From Chthonomonas calidirosea (GTDB lineage: Bacteria; Armatimonadota; Fimbriimonadia; Fimbriimonadales; Fimbriimonadaceae): a stretch of DNA of 64,000 nt. The stretch is from positions 96,001-160,000 of the forward strand of contig CAMAPH010000002.1 of the NCBI GenBank assembly GCA_945859975.1. Direction: 5' to 3'. A program made the translations under genes and the position numbers. This document shows, piece after piece, positions 8,349 through 17,488 of the stretch; the stretch's first letter is position 1, and every line of letters starts with the position of its first letter. The notes below the pieces were generated by a model. That model saw nothing but the letters and a program-made list of their open reading frames with translations, was not told the DNA's origin and did not search any database.

Positions 8349-10211
8349 TTATTTTGGCAATGGCAAACTAAGAGCACTCAGGAAGCTACGGAGCTTTTGA
8401 ATTCGGTTTGGCGTGTTCAGATTGATGTCGAAAGGTCGTCCTCGGGCGTCAACGATGACGCCAACCGTGCCGCCTTCCAACTTGACCTGAATGGCCTTGC
8501 CCTTTCCTTCCCCAACGTCAAAGCCTTTTGCCGGAGTAATCGTGACGTTTTTAAACTCGTCTCGACCGACCGGAATCACCTTGACTTCGCCGAACGGCAC
8601 CGAGACGTTGATGCCGTCGCCGGAGATCGTAACGCAAGGTTCGCCGTCCTTGCCCGTGCCGACCGGTGCGATGCAATGTCCGCACTTGACGATACAGTCG
8701 TACTCAAATACTTGCTTCGCGGCCGCGTAAAGGTGCTCGGAAAGCACGCCGAGGTGCGGCATCATGAAGATGCTGTCGACGGTGAGCATCGTGACGCCTT
8801 CCGGCAGGTAGGCATCCATCATCATCAGCGCCGATTGAGCTCGGTTTGGTGCGTGAGAAAGCACGCCGCCGGAGCCGATGACCATGTCGAGCGCCATCAT
8901 GTTGACCAAACTTTGCCCCGCCGCGCCTTGGTTGAAGAGACGGTCGATGTTCGATTCGGTCTGAACGCCGACGAGGTCTCGGGCAAGGGACTTGTGGTGC
9001 AAGAACGCAAGCCGCAGCGCTTCGCGCGAAACCGCATGCTCGATAAGCAAGTCCTCGTAAGTCTGAGGAATCGTCGTCGGACGAATCATCTTGTTGCGAA
9101 GTCGGTTTCGAACCTCCGCTGGCGAAATTTCAAACGGTAGCCATCGGGCAATGTTCTCGACTCCGGTCTCCTTGAGGACGTTACAAATCGAGTAGCTCAT
9201 GCCGAGGTTGGCCGAAACCGTTCGGTTGTAGATGCGCTCGCCGGAACCAGAGAGGAAGACCGAGAAAACGTCGGTGGTCGCGCCGCCGATGTCCACGCCA
9301 AGAACGTTGATCTTTTCGTTTTCAGCGTATTCCTTAAGCAGCTTGCCCACCGCGTTTGGCGTGGCCATAACCTCTTCGCTGGTCCATTCGAGGAGCTTCG
9401 AATAGCCCGGCGCCTGTTGCATCACGTGCTCCAAGAACATCTCGTGAATCTCTTCTCGCGCGGGGCCGAGGTTTTCCTTCTCTAGGGTCGGTCGAAGGTT
9501 GTCAACCACTTGAAGGCTGATGCCCTCGCCGAGAACCTTGCCGACGTCTGCGCTGGCTTGCTTGTTACCCGCGTAAATGATCGGAAGCTTCATGTCGCCG
9601 AATCGTGGCTTCGGGTCGGCGCGGCGAATGACTTCCGCCATTTCGATAAGGTGGCTGGTGGTGCCGCCATCGGTTCCGCCCGACATGAGAATGATGTCGG
9701 GGCGAAGCTGTCGAAGTCGTTCGACCTTTTGGTAGTCCTTTCGACCGTCATCAACGGCTAGCGTGTCCATCAGGATCGCGCCGGCGCCAAGGGCAGCGCG
9801 CTCGGCGGATTCGGCCGACATCGACTTGACCACGCCCGCGACCATCATCTGCAAGCCGCCGCCCGCGCTCGAAGTCGAAACGTACAGGTCGGAGCTTTCG
9901 AGCGGGCCGTTCACGCCACTGCTATCTCGCGCGCCTTCTTTAAGCTGTCGCCAAACTTTCCCGTCCTTAATGAGCGTTCGGCGGCCAGCGGTGTAGCCAG
10001 CCGGAACCGTGGTCTCGGTGATCTCCTCAAGCTCGGTGATCGAGTTGAGCACGCCGAGGGTCACGTCTTCGAACGGTCGTTCAACCGTCGTCGGTGCCTC
10101 ACCACGGGCAACGAGGCGATAATCGCCGGCCTCGTTCTGCTCAATGAGGATCGCCTTGGTCGTGGTGGAGCCGCAGTCGGTAGCTACGATACGCTTGATC
10201 GCGTCGGACAT
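8349..10211 (-). CDS. glmL: glutamate mutase L / GlmL family actin-like ATPase
   Basis: TDCGSTTTKA, SSAGGGLQM, GGTDGG, VDIGGATTDVFS motifs. Confidence 0.88.
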   Translation of the reverse strand: MSDAIKRIVATDCGSTTTKAILIEQNEAGDYRLVARGEAPTTVERPFEDVTLGVLNSITELEEITETTVPAGYTAGRRTLIKDGKVWRQLKEGARDSSGVNGPLESSDLYVSTSSAGGGLQMMVAGVVKSMSAESAERAALGAGAILMDTLAVDDGRKDYQKVERLRQLRPDIILMSGGTDGGTTSHLIEMAEVIRRADPKPRFGDMKLPIIYAGNKQASADVGKVLGEGISLQVVDNLRPTLEKENLGPAREEIHEMFLEHVMQQAPGYSKLLEWTSEEVMATPNAVGKLLKEYAENEKINVLGVDIGGATTDVFSVFLSGSGERIYNRTVSANLGMSYSICNVLKETGVENIARWLPFEISPAEVRNRLRNKMIRPTTIPQTYEDLLIEHAVSREALRLAFLHHKSLARDLVGVQTESNIDRLFNQGAAGQSLVNMMALDMVIGSGGVLSHAPNRAQSALMMMDAYLPEGVTMLTVDSIFMMPHLGVLSEHLYAAAKQVFEYDCIVKCGHCIAPVGTGKDGEPCVTISGDGINVSVPFGEVKVIPVGRDEFKNVTITPAKGFDVGEGKGKAIQVKLEGGTVGVIVDARGRPFDINLNTPNRIQKLRSFLSALSLPLPK

Positions 10212-10377
10212 GGACTTATTATGAACATGGATTGGCTTCAGCGAAGTTTGAAGCTAGCGGAGACCGTCGTCTTGAAGTACGGCGATTCCGGTGCGTACTG
10301 CAAGGACTTTGTTTAAGTTTGCTTGCACGACAAATTTTCTGATTACGCAGGGTCGGTTTCGCCGTCTTGATGATGTG

Positions 10378-11400
10378 ATGAAAATTGCGGTATTGGCGGG
10401 TGTTCTTTTGGGGATCAGCGGGGATTGCCTGGCCAGTGGTCCAGTGCTACCTATCCCGGCGAGCAACATTTTGTTCAGCCACCGGATTAATGCGCAGCAA
10501 CCTGATCTGATCGTGGACAAGTTCGAAGCCAACAACGAAAACGTCCGAGGGGTTCTACGAAGCCTCTTTAAAAAGATGGGAGTTGCGGGCTACACGATTG
10601 ATCCCACAGTTCAGGGGAACGTGACGCTATCACTATCACGAATTTCGTTAAATACCGCTTTAGAATCATTAGTGCGTCAGGTTGATGCGACTTTTAGGGT
10701 CGAGGATGGGATTTACCAAGTACTGAGGAAGGAACCTTCGCCAAGTCCCGTGTCCACGACTCTAAACAAAACAGGGATACGATGGGTTAGCTACGAAGAC
10801 CCCGAACTCAGAACTCTGGTCCAAAAAGCACCAGTCGGAGACGAGGTTGGAGAGAAACTGATCACGATCGGATCGGGTTCCGATGAAGACATTCGTGACT
10901 TCCTTTCTCGAATCTTTTCCGAAGCATACGTGTCGTTCGTACTCAGCCCGAAAATTGAAGGTAAGGCGTATTGCACATTTAACTCGATGAAGCTGAAGGA
11001 TGTTCTAGCTGTCCTAGGCGAAGTTCACGGGTTTCACGCGGAGTTGCGAGCGGGTTGCTACGTTCTGCAGCCAACCCTTCAGGTGGCGGTGAATCTCGCT
11101 CCCTCCAAAAGCAGCCGCATTCTGGTTCTTGACGGCGGCACGGTGGAGCTAATGGCGTCCCCCAGGGCGAGCACGGCAGGAAAATTACCGGCAAAGCGAC
11201 TGCGGTCCGTCCCGGTCGCGGATGAGATCACCGCGCTGTTTCGACAAATGAACGCGAAGTACCGCATCTCTCCGAACTTGCCAAAGATTTCCGGGAACCT
11301 CCCCAGCGAATCTAAAGCGTCAAGGTTGTATCGACTCAAGAATCTTGCCAACGTGAGCGTGAAGCTTGAAAATGGCGTCTACGTAGTTCGACCAAAGTGA
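10378..11400 (+). CDS. secreted protein with repeated STN/secretin N-terminal-like domains
   Basis: VRGVLRSLFK...YTIDPTVQGNVTLSL...ALESLVRQVDATFRVEDGIYQV repeated; no secretin barrel. Confidence 0.7.
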   Translation: MKIAVLAGVLLGISGDCLASGPVLPIPASNILFSHRINAQQPDLIVDKFEANNENVRGVLRSLFKKMGVAGYTIDPTVQGNVTLSLSRISLNTALESLVRQVDATFRVEDGIYQVLRKEPSPSPVSTTLNKTGIRWVSYEDPELRTLVQKAPVGDEVGEKLITIGSGSDEDIRDFLSRIFSEAYVSFVLSPKIEGKAYCTFNSMKLKDVLAVLGEVHGFHAELRAGCYVLQPTLQVAVNLAPSKSSRILVLDGGTVELMASPRASTAGKLPAKRLRSVPVADEITALFRQMNAKYRISPNLPKISGNLPSESKASRLYRLKNLANVSVKLENGVYVVRPK

Positions 11401-11549
11401 CGCTTGGCTAGGGCCCGAACCTTGGAAGAAGCTCAATTTTCAACTTAGTGTTAAGAGAGCCGAATCCTGCGGAGGAACGCGCAAAATCTGACGCACGAAA
11501 TCGACAGATTCGTGTTGTCACCATAAGTGACCAGCGATAGAATGACGGC

Positions 11550-12461
11550 ATGCGAGCGGTCTGTGTTGCTCTGTTTGTTTTTGGTGTTTTGTCGAACGGT
11601 TTTGGAGATATAGCCCCGATCTCCGGTCAAGCCCCGGTGCTGGTTACTTACAAAACTCAAGGGGCAGAGGTTCGCGAGGTCCTTCGCGAACTGTTTCGGC
11701 AGGCCAAGGTCAGCGGATATACGATCGATCCCGATGTGCAGGGCAAGGTCCAGTTCTCGGCTGCGAAAGTGCAGATTGATGTTGCGCTTGCATCCGTTCT
11801 AACTCAAGTGGGCGCGACGTTTTCCGCTGAGAACAACGAATACCGAATCTTCTCGAAGCAGCAAGCCGCAATCCAGACGACGGAAGCCCCTGGTTTTGAA
11901 GCCAAACGTGCGAGCTTCAGCTTCAGTGGCGAAGATTTAGAAGCGGTTGTTGCTCACATTTTTAGCGAGTTCGATCAGAGCTTTGTGATGAGCTCAAAGA
12001 TCCAAGGCAAAGTAACACTGATCTTCAACTACGTCACCCTTCCGGTCGCTCTGGATCGCCTTGGCCGCGCTTGCGGATTTACGTATGAGTTGAAGGACAC
12101 CGTCTACACCTTGTTGCCTTCCCAAACGAGCGCACCGCTTGGAATGGAAAGCGCTTTGCCTGGGTTCTCCGAGCGACTGGCGACCACGACTTTAGCCGAC
12201 CAGAAGGGCATTCAAAAGGAAGTCCCGGCCAGTTCGGGACAGTTTGTCGCCCTTACCTTCACTGATCGCCGCGCTTCCGATCTCTTTGCCGAGACCTTTG
12301 CCCAAATGCGACTGCGGGTAAAAATCATGCCCGGACTTACGCAGAAACTGAGCGGCTACTTTGCCGCCGGAAGTTTTGAGTCGCGACTCTACGAACTCAA
12401 GACCCTCGCGAACGCCAAGGTCACCCTCGAAAAAGGCGTTCACGTCGTGCGGCCACGCTGA
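11550..12461 (+). CDS. paralogous STN-repeat secreted protein
   Basis: YTIDPDVQGKV...; C-terminus SRLYELKTLANAKVTLEKGVHVVRPR parallels the upstream paralogue. Confidence 0.7.
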   Translation: MRAVCVALFVFGVLSNGFGDIAPISGQAPVLVTYKTQGAEVREVLRELFRQAKVSGYTIDPDVQGKVQFSAAKVQIDVALASVLTQVGATFSAENNEYRIFSKQQAAIQTTEAPGFEAKRASFSFSGEDLEAVVAHIFSEFDQSFVMSSKIQGKVTLIFNYVTLPVALDRLGRACGFTYELKDTVYTLLPSQTSAPLGMESALPGFSERLATTTLADQKGIQKEVPASSGQFVALTFTDRRASDLFAETFAQMRLRVKIMPGLTQKLSGYFAAGSFESRLYELKTLANAKVTLEKGVHVVRPR

Positions 12462-12462
12462 C

Positions 12463-12795
12463 TCAGGTCGTCAGCACTGAATAGGTAGCGAACTCGCTTT
12501 GCATCGGCGGTGCTTCCCCACAGGCTTTCGCCGTCGCGAGGTCGGCAAAAGCGCGCCGATGCCCTTCGATGAACTCAGGAGAAGCGGTCCACGCCTTGAA
12601 GCTGTCCTCATCCTGCCACTGACTGACCACCAGGTAGGGCTCCTCTGGCTTCGCGGGACGTAGCACCTGCATGCTCACGAAGCCCGAAAGGCGGTCAATG
12701 GCCTGCGCACGAGTTGAGAACAGCTCCTCAAATCGGGGCCGATAATCTGCGCGAACGACGATGCGATTTACCGCGACGAATCCGATATTTTGCAT
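12463..12795 (-). CDS. antibiotic biosynthesis monooxygenase family (IsdG/MhuD-like)
   Basis: FVAVNRI...FEELF...GFVSMQVLRP...YLVVSQW..E.SFKAW..S.EF...H. Confidence 0.85.
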   Translation of the reverse strand: MQNIGFVAVNRIVVRADYRPRFEELFSTRAQAIDRLSGFVSMQVLRPAKPEEPYLVVSQWQDEDSFKAWTASPEFIEGHRRAFADLATAKACGEAPPMQSEFATYSVLTT

Positions 12796-12932
12796 AGACT
12801 TACTCAAAAGTTTGATGAGCCAAACTTTTTTCATTCTACACAAATCCGTCCAGTTTCGTGAAATCAAGGCGAACACTGAACAGATTCCGTTAAGTTCGCT
12901 ATAATGGACCCGTCCAGAAACAGGAGACCCTA

Positions 12933-14081
12933 TTGGCAGGAGTAGCGTTCAAAAGCGTAACAAAGGTGTACGGTAAGGACGTCAAGGCGGTCAGCGACCT
13001 CAACCTCGACATCCAAGATCAAGAGTTCATGGTCCTCGTCGGGCCTTCAGGCTGCGGAAAAACCACCGCCCTGAGAATGATCGCCGGCTTGGAAGAAGCG
13101 ACCGGTGGAGACATCATGATCGGCGACGTTCGCGTCAACGACGTTCCGCCAAAGGATCGAGACATAGCGATGGTTTTCCAAAACTACGCGCTCTATCCGC
13201 ACATGAACGTGTACGACAACATCGCGTTCGGTCTTCGGCTTCGAGAACTCAAGAGCTTCTTCTGGCAAATCACCCATTTGGCCGAAGCCAAGACGATCAA
13301 GGAAGACATCGACAAGCGGGTCAAAGAAGTTGCCCGTATGCTGGACATCGAGAAGTACCTCCATCGAAAGCCGAAGGAACTCTCAGGCGGTCAACGACAG
13401 CGTGTCGCTCTTGCGCGAGCCATCGTCCGAAAGCCGAAAGTCTTCTTGATGGACGAGCCGCTATCGAACCTGGACGCAAAGCTCCGCGTTCAAACTCGAG
13501 CCGAGCTCATTCGACTTCACCGCCAGCTCGGAATCACGACCGTATATGTCACCCACGACCAGGTCGAGGCCATGACGATGGGCCAGCGAATGGCCATCAT
13601 GCGCGACGGCATCCTCCAGCAGTGCGATCAGCCTGAAAAGGTCTATCAGTACCCGGCAAACAAGTTCGTTGCGGGCTTTATCGGCTCTCCTCCGATGAAC
13701 TTCATCGATGCTGAGATTCGCATGGAGAACGGTGTCGCGATTGTTGACGCCGGGGAGTTCAAGCTTCCGGTGCCAGATGGCAATCCTGCAGCTCACATGA
13801 GCGGCAAAAAGATCACCCTCGGCATTCGCGCTGAAGACATTCACGACGCTGCCATTCCAAGCAACGTGGTTGCGACCGATGCGAATAGCGTCCAGGCAAC
13901 CGTTGACGTAATGGAACCACTCGGCCACGAGTACGTTGCTTATCTGAAGATCGGCAAGATCAACCTAGTTGCTGCCATCAGCAACGAGAGTAAGGTCCGC
14001 GTCACCGAAGTCGCCAAGTTCGTGGTCAACCTTGACCGCGTACACCTCTTCGATGCCGAGACCGAACAGGCAATCCGCTAA
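12933..14081 (+). CDS. sugar/sn-glycerol-3-phosphate ABC transporter ATP-binding protein (MalK/UgpC family)
   Basis: GPSGCGKT, LSGGQRQR, DEPLSNLD, TOBE domain; TATAAT at 12900 and AGGAG RBS. Confidence 0.95.
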   Translation: MAGVAFKSVTKVYGKDVKAVSDLNLDIQDQEFMVLVGPSGCGKTTALRMIAGLEEATGGDIMIGDVRVNDVPPKDRDIAMVFQNYALYPHMNVYDNIAFGLRLRELKSFFWQITHLAEAKTIKEDIDKRVKEVARMLDIEKYLHRKPKELSGGQRQRVALARAIVRKPKVFLMDEPLSNLDAKLRVQTRAELIRLHRQLGITTVYVTHDQVEAMTMGQRMAIMRDGILQQCDQPEKVYQYPANKFVAGFIGSPPMNFIDAEIRMENGVAIVDAGEFKLPVPDGNPAAHMSGKKITLGIRAEDIHDAAIPSNVVATDANSVQATVDVMEPLGHEYVAYLKIGKINLVAAISNESKVRVTEVAKFVVNLDRVHLFDAETEQAIR

Positions 14082-14095
14082 GAAACCTGAATCCT

Positions 14096-14134
14096 AAAAG
14101 CGCGAGGTGAACCTAGGTTCCCTCGCGCTTTTTT
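14096..14134. terminator. bidirectional intrinsic terminator
   Basis: AAAAGCGCGAGG...CCTCGCGCTTTTTT between the convergent ABC ATPase gene and the candidate ncRNA. Confidence 0.85.
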
Positions 14135-14147
14135 GCGTCTTCTGTTT

Positions 14148-14343
14148 CCCCTAAGGGCGACGACGGGACTGACCGCGGGAAGAGTCTTGATGTTTAAGGT
14201 TTGAGGATTGAAGTCACGAACTTTGAGTTTTGAGGCCATAGGCCGCTTGATCAGGTTCAATGATTCTTGTCAAGAATCAGCCAGGATTCGATGTTGATCG
14301 AAGGTGCTAAGTCAGTCGTATTCCGTCAATCGCCCTTAGAGGC
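14148..14343 (-). ncRNA. candidate structured ncRNA with 7-nt repeat tract, downstream of a DIP1984-like gene
   Basis: Closing stem 14342-14310 / 14174-14148 (about 27 bp, three G.U pairs valid only on -); three inner hairpins; seven UYAA-type heptamers; TAGAAT at 14355-14350. Confidence 0.7.
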
Positions 14344-14363
14344 GGCTTCATTCTATCGGTTTT

Positions 14364-14813
14364 TCACTCGGAAAACTCAATGGAAACGGTGGCGTTGTGC
14401 TCGTCCAGACGATCCTGAAGTTCGTCGATCTCCGCTTCAAGCCGCGATACTTCTTCTTCGACTTCGCGGGCGGAAAGGGTCGCGATGTACTCCTGCGGTT
14501 CCTGCATTCCGTACGGTTGCATGAACTTTCCCGACGTGGTCGGAATCCTCCGCAAGAAGCTGATGTGACTCTTCAGTTCCCCGATGCGATAGATCGTCTC
14601 CTGAATCGGAGCATTGGCGAGGCTAATTGCCGCTTTCAATTTCACGAGCGCCTCAGTTGCATTTCGGAGTTCAGCGAGACTTGCCGCCACATCAAACTCT
14701 TCCCTGCCGCCAACGAGGCGCGAATTGTGAGCGGTCACGATGCCCTGAAGCTTTTGAATCTTCGCCACTTGGCGATTCTTGAGCTTCAGGGCTTTCGCGA
14801 GCGAGATTGCCAT
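14364..14813 (-). CDS. DIP1984/DUF6847-like coiled-coil protein (149 aa)
   Basis: MAISLAKALKLKNRQVAKIQKLQ...LKAAISLAN...EIDELQDRLDEHNATVSIEF resembles the DIP1984 helical-hairpin pattern; ATG 14813 overlaps the S8 stop (TAATG). Confidence 0.7.
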   Translation of the reverse strand: MAISLAKALKLKNRQVAKIQKLQGIVTAHNSRLVGGREEFDVAASLAELRNATEALVKLKAAISLANAPIQETIYRIGELKSHISFLRRIPTTSGKFMQPYGMQEPQEYIATLSAREVEEEVSRLEAEIDELQDRLDEHNATVSIEFSE

Positions 14814-17344
14814 TACTGGACGGTAACCCAGACCGATGTGCTCGCCGAACCGAACTGAACGGTTCCGCGGGTGAACTTCCAGCAGGACTGATAGAGGCCA
14901 ACGGTGTTCGGCGCCGTGAGTCGAGCCTGAACCGTGATCGTTTGGCCAGGTGCAACGTTGCTTCCGGGCGGCATTCCGAGGCGGCTCTTGCCGAATGTGG
15001 TCGACCCCACGGGCATTGAGGTCAGCGCAAGGCGCTGCACATCCGCCGAGGTCCAGTTCTGCGTACCGGCGTTTCGGAACGTGAACGCGACCGTGAAGAC
15101 TTGCCCCGGTGCGACCGTGTTCGGAACCTGCTGGGAAACAAACGCGGCATCCCATTCGGTGTTGACCGACATTGGGACCGAAATCGTCGTGGTCGTTCCG
15201 TTACCGTTGGTAACCGTTAGCGTTGCGTAGAGTTTTGCGCTAGGCGTGATAGCGGCATGATTCAGCACGACTTCATTGCTGGTCGGAGCAATTTCGGTGT
15301 TCGCGACAACATCGCCTGCGCCAGCCGTTCGACCAATCTTGATCTGGTACTTCTCGATTCCCGTCTCGGTGTCGTATGCCCAGAGCTTGAATCGAGTCGC
15401 CGAGTAGGCGCCACCCGTCGGGACGCCTTCCCAGTTGGAAAAAGCAAATCGATCCACGATCGGCGCGGTGTCATCACCGGTGTAAGTTCCGCACCAGAAG
15501 TCCGTCGCCGGTGCATCGCTGCCCGAAATGACTTCGACGCGCCGGACCTTAGTCTTCCCAAAGGCCACCGCGGTTACGGTGTACATGCCCGGTGCCAGCT
15601 GGTCGTATCGGTACGTACCGTTAGCAAGCGTCGAGGTTTGGTAGGTGATCGTGCCACCGTCCTTCTTAGCGCGAACCGTAGCGTTGCCTTGTGCAGTGCC
15701 TTCGTTGTAGACGATTCCTTCGATTGCCCCGGCGGTAGCTCCTCGGGAGTCCGCATCCTGCAACAGATAGTAAGCATCAAGCGAGCCGTAACCCTGGTGG
15801 GTCTCCCAAGAGCCTTTCGGTGCGCCGTACACGCTCAGTGCCGACCGCTGCAAGGCTCGATAGGCCCGAAGGTTCTGCATGCCCTGAGCTCGATCCATAT
15901 CGTTCTTGCCGTAGTACAAGCTTGCCGCGCCCGCGACGATCGGGCTCGCCATCGATGTTCCAATCAAGTAGCCGTAGCCAAGGTCATATCCTGGCGCCCC
16001 GACGTCCATGATCGGGTTATGGGTGGTCATCGTGGTGGAGTAGATGTACGCCAGCATCGCGATCGGGTCTTCGATGTTGCTGTAATCGAGGATGATGTTT
16101 CCTCCTGGTGCAGCGAGGTCGATGTACGAACCGGTTCCCGCGTAGTAGTCCGAGGCATGGATGTAGCCGTAGCCGTTCGCGGTGACCGCGAAAGCGCCAC
16201 TGCAAGCCGCAGGATAAATCGGCCCTAAGTCACCGCCACCGGCGCCGTCCTCGTTACAAGCCACCACGACGAGGACTCCCTTCTGCCAGGCGTAGGTCAC
16301 CGCGTCCTGGAAGAGCTGCGAGAAGTTTTCCGTGCCAAGGCTAAGGTTGATGATGTCCACGCCATGATCGGTCGCGTAGAAAATCGCGCCCGCCGCATCG
16401 GCGTCTGAGCCGTTTCCGGTGTCATCGAAAACGCGGAGATTGATTCCCTTGCTTGGATAGCCGAGCCCGACGATTCCCTTTCCGTTCCAGTTTCCGTTGT
16501 TCCCAGAAGCAAGGGCAAGTCCGGTGACGTGAGTGCCGTGCCCCATCGCATCTTCGGTGGATCCTTCTTGCAGAACTTCGCCAAAGCTGAACTGGGCGTC
16601 CAGGCTCAAATCGAACTGCCCGCCTTCTTCGATGCTGCTGTCAAATCCCCCGGCGTTGATGAAGTCCGGGTGTTGTCGCTCAACTCCGGTGTCGATGACC
16701 GCGATCATCGGCACGTTCTGTGGTTTGTCGGCGCTCGTAAACCATCGATTGGGCCAATCGTTCCAAGCATCGAAAGCGCTGGTCTCGTCGAGATACCAGA
16801 GCCGGCGATACGTGACGCCCTCTCCGAGCGGAATCATTGGCTCTCCGATTTCAATAACGTTCCAGTCCCCGTCATTGGGCTCTGGCAAGAGCGGATAAAT
16901 TTTGTTGAGCGGCTGTGCCGCCACGACGTTTGGTTTGCCCTTCAGGCTTGCCGCGACCGCCTTGGGATCCTCGCCCTTTCCGAGTTGCCATACCGTCCAG
17001 CCGGACCGCTGAATCCGGTTTCGAAAATTCTCGGAGCGCAATCCGGTAGGCACAAAACGAGCGCGCGTCGCTTCGGTTTTCGTTAGCTCTGCCGCAACCT
17101 TGGTCGGAAACTTGACCAAAACGTAGCCAGGAACGATCTCGTTCTTGCGCTTCGCGGGAATGTTTCGCTTCAAGATGCTTCGCAAAACCAATCCCAGTGG
17201 TTTCGGTGCAAAAATAGAAACGGCCGGATTACCGATGACTCGGCTTCTCCGTCCTAGCGATTCGCTCACGGGACCAACGGTCTGGGCGGGAGCAACGGCA
17301 ACCAGAAATAGGCTTGCAGCCAAACTCAAAACTCTAAAATTCAT
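14813..17344 (-). CDS. S8 serine peptidase with carboxypeptidase-regulatory-like and NBR1-type Ig domains
   Basis: Signal peptide; VIDTGV, HGTHVTG, GTSMASP triad; C-terminal DAAFVSQQVP...NAGTQNW...AP...G.Y...W. Confidence 0.92.
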   Translation of the reverse strand: MNFRVLSLAASLFLVAVAPAQTVGPVSESLGRRSRVIGNPAVSIFAPKPLGLVLRSILKRNIPAKRKNEIVPGYVLVKFPTKVAAELTKTEATRARFVPTGLRSENFRNRIQRSGWTVWQLGKGEDPKAVAASLKGKPNVVAAQPLNKIYPLLPEPNDGDWNVIEIGEPMIPLGEGVTYRRLWYLDETSAFDAWNDWPNRWFTSADKPQNVPMIAVIDTGVERQHPDFINAGGFDSSIEEGGQFDLSLDAQFSFGEVLQEGSTEDAMGHGTHVTGLALASGNNGNWNGKGIVGLGYPSKGINLRVFDDTGNGSDADAAGAIFYATDHGVDIINLSLGTENFSQLFQDAVTYAWQKGVLVVVACNEDGAGGGDLGPIYPAACSGAFAVTANGYGYIHASDYYAGTGSYIDLAAPGGNIILDYSNIEDPIAMLAYIYSTTMTTHNPIMDVGAPGYDLGYGYLIGTSMASPIVAGAASLYYGKNDMDRAQGMQNLRAYRALQRSALSVYGAPKGSWETHQGYGSLDAYYLLQDADSRGATAGAIEGIVYNEGTAQGNATVRAKKDGGTITYQTSTLANGTYRYDQLAPGMYTVTAVAFGKTKVRRVEVISGSDAPATDFWCGTYTGDDTAPIVDRFAFSNWEGVPTGGAYSATRFKLWAYDTETGIEKYQIKIGRTAGAGDVVANTEIAPTSNEVVLNHAAITPSAKLYATLTVTNGNGTTTTISVPMSVNTEWDAAFVSQQVPNTVAPGQVFTVAFTFRNAGTQNWTSADVQRLALTSMPVGSTTFGKSRLGMPPGSNVAPGQTITVQARLTAPNTVGLYQSCWKFTRGTVQFGSASTSVWVTVQ

Positions 17345-17488
17345 GGGCAGAACCAATCCTCAGAGAGAGTTTAACGGAAAAAAGTCAAAAGACCAACCAT
17401 TCCTCCCCCAGAACGTTAGCCTTTTTAGACTTGGAATAGGAAGGCGTTGTTCCGTGGCAAGTAACCTGTTTGCAGGTCGGATTTGAGC

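Noticed and set aside
14184..14233. Heptamer tract as a CRISPR array or microsatellite
   Set aside because: Units are only 7 nt with no spacers or cas genes, and are too divergent for slippage repeats.
14078..14260. 60-aa minus-strand ORF across the heptamer tract
   Set aside because: TTG start without an RBS, runs through a terminator, and the 7-nt period is not codon-phased; an RNA structure explains the region better.
14148..14342. Inverted repeats as MITE/IS ends
   Set aside because: The arms contain asymmetric bulges and strand-specific G.U pairs; I saw no target-site duplication or second copy in the window. Not fully excluded without the whole genome.
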